From Eledone cirrhosa (Eukaryota), in the NCBI GenBank assembly GCA_964016885.1, contig OZ024741.1, positions 100,750,001-100,814,000 on the forward strand: a stretch of DNA of 64,000 nt, in the 5' to 3' direction. This document shows positions 57,186 through 64,000 of this stretch, one piece after another (the stretch's first letter is position 1; each line of letters starts with the position of its first letter). Position numbers and translations under genes: made by a program. Below the pieces are notes generated by a model. It was not told the DNA's origin and searched no databases. It was given only the letters and a program-made list of their open reading frames with translations.

Positions 57186-60100
57186 ATTCAGGTTTGAGGT
57201 TCACCACTGTATAGAGCTGGTCTATTCCGTATGGTCAATCGTAATGCAATAATATAGAGAGTACTCAACGTAAAGCAGTTCAACCGTCTTTGTTTTTGTA
57301 GTTGGTGGTGCTATTACGGAGTTAAATATTATAATGAAATGACAGGAGGCTGGATTTGTGTAAATCCTTGAAAGGTTTATTATACTATGATCATTTCAAT
57401 GACCGGGTTCCGTATGAATCCGGTGATATCATCAGGTATTCGAAATATAATACGTGAATGTAATAGGTAAAATCCATGGGGCTGAAAATCGAGACCCGAG
57501 GGCGACCGCTATTCTGTTCCTTCAACCTCAGCCGGTCGCCCTGGAGTGACGTGGCTAAATTTTATAGTATGCTACTACCGGTCAGATGAACGAAAACAGA
57601 AAGAGATGGGAGCATAGGTTAACGTCGATCCCATGACACAAGGTAAAAGAAAGAAGGAAAGGAAGGAGAAGAAGGGGGAAGAAAGAAGAAGAGAAGTCAG
57701 GGTTAATGTCAGCTAAAAGAGGAAGGTAACTACTACTGGTCAGATATAGGCAAGCAAGAGGGGGAAGGAAGATAAGTCTGCGGGAGTAGGAGAGGAGAGA
57801 AGGAAGGGAAGAGAGAAGTAGAAAAGTAAGGGTTGGTGGCTACAAGAAGGAAGATAGAAAGGAAGAGGAAGAAAGGTCGATATTAATGTCAGACCACAGT
57901 CAAGCCAGGAGTGGCGCGAGAAAATTTTCACAGGGACCCGCATCTTATCGGAGATGAATATATTGGGAGTCAGTGTTTTACAGTGTTTAGACTTCTAGGA
58001 TGAAGTTAAAAAAATTAATAATCAATATTCAATATTAAAGAGGTTAGAAAATTTAAAGTTCAACAGTTTAACAATTAATTATATAATAGTTCCGATTTGT
58101 TCTGTAATTTAGAGGTACTATTTGGCGGTTAAAACAACGGCCGGGCCCCATGGCGAATTAAGCCACGCCGAGTATTTTCATTTACTGAAAGAAGGGGAAA
58201 TTTATTTTTCCAAGCACTCCAGGTGAGCTGGTTCGCCAGGGAGCTGGTCGCGCCGCCATTAAAACCCACCCCACAGTCCGACAGAAAGTTGGAACTTTAA
58301 AATTTAGCTTAGAGAAGTAAAAGAGTAATGGTTGATAGCTACAAGAAGGAAGATAGAAAGAGAGAGGAAGGAAGGTCGATATTAATGTCAGACCACGGTC
58401 GGGCCAGGAGTGGCGCGACAAAATTTTCACAGGGACTCGCATCTTAGCAGAGGTGAATATATTGGGGGTCAGTGTGTTACAATGTTTAGACTTATAGGAT
58501 GAAGTTAAAAAATTAATAAATTAATAATCAATATTCCATATTAAAGAGGTTAGAAAATTTAAAGCTCAACAGTTTCAGGTTGATATATATAATAGTTCCG
58601 ATTTGTTCTGTAATTTAAAGGTACTATTTGGCGGTTAAAACACCGGCCGCGCCCCAGGCCCCATGGCTAATTAAGCCACGCCGAGTATTTTCATTTACCG
58701 AAATAAGGGGAATTTATTTTTCCAAGCACTCCAGGTGAGCCCGTTCGCCAGGGAGCTGGTCGCGCTGCCGCTAAAACCCACCCAACGGTCCGACAGAAAG
58801 TTGGAACTTTAGAATTTTGCTTAACTCTATCGGATGAAGTTGAAAGAATTCAGAATAACATTATGAAACTAAGGAGTAAGAGGATTGAGAGTTGAACAAA
58901 CAGAAAATTGAAGATTAGACATTCAAATAACTTCTATGAGGTTTTGGGTTGCGGGGTTTAATTGAATAGTCTTTTATGAAGGAACGTTAATTGTATTATG
59001 TAGATCTGTAATTTATCCTAGTGGAATGTAGAGTACGGGATATAGTCGTGTAATGTTTAATTTTTGTTCTCAGGAGGAGACATTCTAGTGTCGTGTGCTA
59101 ATGGGTACAGGTCCCAATGTGAGGAGTAGAAATACATGGATACATAGAAGTGGAATACGTGGAAGAGCTAATGGGTACAGGTCCCAATGTGAGGGGTAGA
59201 AATACATGGATACATAGAAGTGGAATACGTGGAAGAGCACATTGGTACAGCAGAGGTATAAATATATAAACATATCAATATATAGGTATAAACATGTAAA
59301 TAAACCAACAAGAGTGGTGTTGGAGTAAGATGGAGAAATCAGGACATTAATACAGCAAACAAAGATGTGAAGATATAGATAAACAAACAATAGTCGTTGT
59401 CTAGTAAATGTAGAGTTCAAGAGACAGGAGAAATACAATATTGTATTTCTCCTGTGTCTTGAACTCTCCATTTAATAGACAACGACTCTTGTTTGTTTAT
59501 TTATATCTTTACATCTTTATTTGCTGTATTAATGCTCCTCCACGTATTCTACCTCTATACATCCATGTACTTTCTACTTCCCTTATTCGGACTTTTACTC
59601 GCGTGTACCCTCAGCACACGTCACTGGAATATTTCCCCCTGGGAACATAAATACCGCAACCTGAACTATATTGTATTTCTCCTGTCTCTTGAACTCTACA
59701 TTTACTAGACAACGACTATTGTTTGTTTATCTATATCTTCACATCTTTGTTTGCTGTACTAATGTCCTGATTTCTCCATCTTACTCCAACACCACTCTTG
59801 TTGGTTTATTTACATGTTTATACCTATATATTGATATGTTTATATATTTATACCTCTGCTGTACCAATGTGCTCTTCCACGTATTCCACTTCTATGTATC
59901 CATGTATTTCTACCCCTCACATTGGGACCTGTACCCATTAGCTCTTCCACGTATTCCACTTCTATGTATCCATGTATTTCTACTCCTCACATTGGGACCT
60001 GTACCCATTAGCACACGACACTAGAATGTCTCCTCCTGAGAACAAAAATTAAACATTACACGACTATATCCCGTACTCTACATCCCACTAGGATAAATTA

Positions 60101-61777
60101 CAGATCTACATAATACAATTAACGTTCCTTCATAAAAGACTATTCAATTAAACCCCGCAACCCAAAACCTCATAGAAGTTATTTGAATGTCTAATCTTCA
60201 ATTTTCTGTTTGTTCAACTCTCAATCCTCTTACTCCTTAGTTTCATAATGTTATTCTGAATTCTTTCAACTTCATCCGATAGAGTTAAGCAAAATTCTAA
60301 AGTTCCAACTTTCTGTCGGACCGTTGGGTGGGTTTTAGCGGCAGCGCGACCAGCTCCCTGGCGAACGGGCTCACCTGGAGTGCTTGGAAAAATAAATTCC
60401 CCTTATTTCGGTAAATGAAAATACTCGGCGTGGCTTAATTAGCCATGGGGCCTGGGGCGCGGCCGGTGTTTTAACCGCCAAATAGTACCTTTAAATTACA
60501 GAACAAATCGGAACTATTATATATATCAACCTGAAACTGTTGAGCTTTAAATTTTCTAACCTCTTTAATATGGAATATTGATTATTAATTTATTAATTTT
60601 TTAACTTCATCCTATAAGTCTAAACATTGTAACACACTGACCCCCAATATATTCACCTCTGCTAAGATGCGAGTCCCTGTGAAAATTTTGTCGCGCCACT
60701 CCTGGCCCGACCGTGGTCTGACATTAATATCGACCTTCCTTCCTCTCTCTTTCTATCTTCCTTCTTGTAGCTATCAACCATTACTCTTTTACTTCTCTAA
60801 GCTAAATTTTAAAGTTCCAACTTTCTGTCGGACTGTGGGGTGGGTTTTAATGGTGGCGCGACCAGCTCCCTGGCGAACCAGCTCACCTGGAGTGCTTGGA
60901 AAAATAAATTTCCCCTTCTTTCAGTAAATGAAAATACTCGGCGTGGCTTAATTCGCCATGGGGCCCGGCCGTTGTTTTAACCGCCAAATAGTACCTCTAA
61001 ATTACAGAACAAATCGGAACTATTATATAATTAATTGTTAAACTGTTGAACTTTAAATTTTCTAACCTCTTTAATATTGAATATTGATTATTAATTTTTT
61101 TAACTTCATCCTAGAAGTCTAAACACTGTAAAACACTGACTCCCAATATATTCATCTCCGATAAGATGCGGGTCCCTGTGAAAATTTTCTCGCGCCACTC
61201 CTGGCTTGACTGTGGTCTGACATTAATATCGACCTTTCTTCCTCTTCCTTTCTATCTTCCTTCTTGTAGCCACCAACCCTTACTTTTCTACTTCTCTCTT
61301 CCCTTCCTTCTCTCCTCTCCTACTCCCGCAGACTTATCTTCCTTCCCCCTCTTGCTTGCCTATATCTGACCAGTAGTAGTTACCTTCCTCTTTTAGCTGA
61401 CATTAACCCTGACTTCTCTTCTTCTTTCTTCCCCCTTCTTCTCCTTCCTTTCCTTCTTTCTTTTAACTTGTGTCATGGGATCGACGTTAACCTATGCTCC
61501 CATCTCTTTCTGTTTTCGTTCATCTGACCGGTAGTAGCATACTATAAAATTTAGCCACGTCACTCCAGGGCGACCGGCTGAGGTTGAAGGAACAGAATAG
61601 CGGTCGCCCTCGGGTCTCGATTTTCAGCCCCATGGATTTTACCTATTACATTCACGTATTATATTTCGAATACCTGATGATATCACCGGATTCATACGGA
61701 ACCCGGTCATTGAAATGATCATAGTATAATAAACCTTTCAAGGATTTACACAAATCCAGCCTCCTGTCATTTCATTA

Positions 61778-61784
<7 letters not shown>
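57186..61784. mobile_element. Giant fold-back element (family B): arms 57325-59441 and 59668-61784, 226-bp spacer, ~140-bp tail
   Basis: Mirror ORFs sum to a constant (57740+61369 = 58182+60927 = 59085+60024 = 119109); hammerhead motifs near both outer ends; ~490-bp tandem duplication inside each arm. Confidence 0.93.
61670..61727 (+). ncRNA. Type I hammerhead motif (mirror copy at 57382-57439, -)
   Basis: ATAC-CTGATGA-TATCACCGGATTC-ATACG-GAACCCGGTCATT-GAAA-T-GATC-A-TA-GTAT. Confidence 0.78.
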
Positions 61785-61823
<39 letters not shown>

Positions 61824-61939
61824 TATATATATATAAATATATGAATATATATATATATATATATGAATATATATATATATATATGAATATATATATATAT
61901 ATGAATATATATATATATGAATATATATATATATATATA

Positions 61940-62680
61940 TTTCCCGGATGGGACTGGCGCCCTATTTTCCTTCCTACAAACTAGAACTTTAGTCTTAGAC
62001 AGGTTAATTTTAAGGCCTTTTGATTCTAGGCCATGCTTCCATGTTTGGAATTTCTTCTCTAGTTCGGCCATTGATTCAGCTATGAGCGTTAGATCATCTG
62101 CGTATAGGAGTTCCCATGGGCAGCCGGTCTTGAACTCCATTGTTATAGCCTGAAGGGCAATAATAAATAGTAGGGGGCTAAGAACGGACCCTGATGAACA
62201 CCAACTTTTACGCTAAACTCTTCACTATATTCGTTGTTAATTCTCACAAGCCATTCATCAACACCTAGTTTTCTAAGAACCCACCAGATAATGGAACGGG
62301 GGACTCTGTCGAAGGCTTTCTCCAAGTCGTCAAAAGCTAAGTATAGGGGTTTACTTTTAGCTAGGTACTTCTCCTGTAGTTGTCGTACAATGAAAAGAGC
62401 GTCTGTGGTACTTTTACCTGACACAAACCCGAACTGCATTTCATCTAGATCAATTCTCTCTCTGATTAGTTGCGCTATTACTTTTTCTGTGACCTTCATG
62501 ACCTGGTCGATTAATTTAATGCCTCTATAGTTACTCTTAACTAGGGCATCTCCTTTACCCTTGTAACAGTGAATGATGATGCTGCAACGCCAGTACTTCG
62601 GAACAACCCCACTCTGTATGACTTTGTTTTCTATCCGGGTGACCATGGTGTGTCCCACCGTTCCAGAAGCTTTCAGCATT
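61940..62680 (-). pseudogene. RTE LINE internal RT fragment, copy E (deletion and frameshift)
   Basis: [17 protein letters not shown]...LEKAFDRVP...LLYADD; bounded by TA arrays. Confidence 0.92.
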
Positions 62681-62687
62681 TCAGAAG

Positions 62688-62756
<69 letters not shown>

Positions 62757-63098
62757 TAGATATACAGATATATATTTATATACATACAGATATACATATA
62801 TATATATACAGATATACATATATATATATACAGATATACATATATATATATACAGATATACATATATATAGATATATATATATATATATATATACAGATA
62901 TACATATATATATATATACAGATATACATATATATATATATATATATACAGATATACATATATATATATACATATACAGATATACATATATATATATACA
63001 TATACAGATATACATATATATATATACATACAGATATACATATATATATATATATATATACAGATATACATATATATATATACATACAGATATACATA

Positions 63099-63154
<56 letters not shown>

Positions 63155-63307
63155 TATACATACATATATATATATATATATATACAGATATACATATATA
63201 TATATATACATACAGATATACATATATATATATATATACATACAGATATACATATATATATATATACATACATATATATATATATACATACATACATATA
63301 TATATAT

Positions 63308-63351
<44 letters not shown>

Positions 63352-63404
63352 GTCCCACCCTTGCAAGCAGGGAAAAGCAGACGTAAAATAAAATGATGAT
63401 GATG

Positions 63405-63690
63405 ATGAAAAGTCTAAAGTCTGTCTTAAGCCAAAAGACTCATTTGGTCGGTGCTTATCCCAGTTTCATGGCATGAAGCGACTGAGAGTACAAGACTCCC
63501 CCCTGGACAAGATGCCAGTCCATCGCAGGGTTAAACCTCCAGCTATTGCTGGTACTGATTTTCAGCTGAGTATACTGGAGCAACGTGAAATGAAGTGTTT
63601 TGTTCAAGAACACAACACGCAACCCAGGAATTGAGCCCACGACATTATGATCGTAATCCCAACACCCTTACCACTAGGCCACGTGCCTCC
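63405..63690 (-). mobile_element. tRNA-derived SINE (related head, different body)
   Basis: Minus strand GGAGGCACGTGGCCTAGTGG...GGCTCAATTCC...TTCTTGAACAAAACAC. Confidence 0.75.
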
Positions 63691-63733
63691 ACATATATAG
63701 ATATACACACACACACACACATATATATATATC

Positions 63734-63999
63734 ATAAATGTAATCTGAGTTTTTTTAATATTAATAATAACATTCGATTTGTTTGCAATTATGCAAACAA
63801 ACCTCAATTTTATAGCCATGTCAGTAGAATGAACACTTCATTCTTGCTTTTGTGTTAGCATGGGAACAGAACTGCAGACACAAAAGCAACAATGAAGTGT
63901 TCATTCTACTGACATGACTATAAAATTGAGGTTTGTTTGCATAATTGCAAACGAATCGAATGTTATTATTAATATTCGAAAAACTAAGATTACATTTAT
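63734..63999. mobile_element. Fold-back element at the window edge (~120-bp arms)
   Basis: Arms symmetric about ~63866; begins at a (TA)n array; contains the internal hairpin TTTGTTTGCA-TAAT-TGCAAACGAA. Confidence 0.8.
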
Positions 64000-64000
64000 T

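Noticed and set aside
57740-61369. Protein-coding ORFs within the giant palindrome arms
   Set aside because: Short, low-complexity, mirrored only because of the inversion; no RT or GIY-YIG motifs recognised.
63900-63975. Hammerhead in the terminal fold-back element
   Set aside because: A strong hairpin followed by GAA exists, but the 5' core is not recognisable.

Overview
AT-rich, repeat-dense animal genomic DNA; the SINE/RTE/microsatellite content suggests a coleoid cephalopod such as Octopus (inference). Two host-gene terminal coding exons face each other. One is a neogenin/DCC/frazzled last exon with the P3 motif (+, 6770-6868). The other is an Atos/FAM214 last exon (-, 36700-36856). Between them lie SINEs, a Helitron cluster and decayed LINE/LTR fragments. 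Everything from ~36.9 kb to the window end is probably the last Atos intron: a (TA)n-derived microsatellite field holding RTE LINEs, a DD37D mariner, SINEs and about nine fold-back (palindromic) elements counting one at 29.3 kb, up to 4.46 kb long. Several of these carry type I hammerhead ribozyme motifs typical of Penelope-like pseudo-LTRs or retrozymes, and in three cases the fold-back apex falls in or next to the ribozyme. Nearly all long YIYI/CVCV ORFs are microsatellite artefacts. All family and gene calls are from motif recognition by eye; no database search was run.
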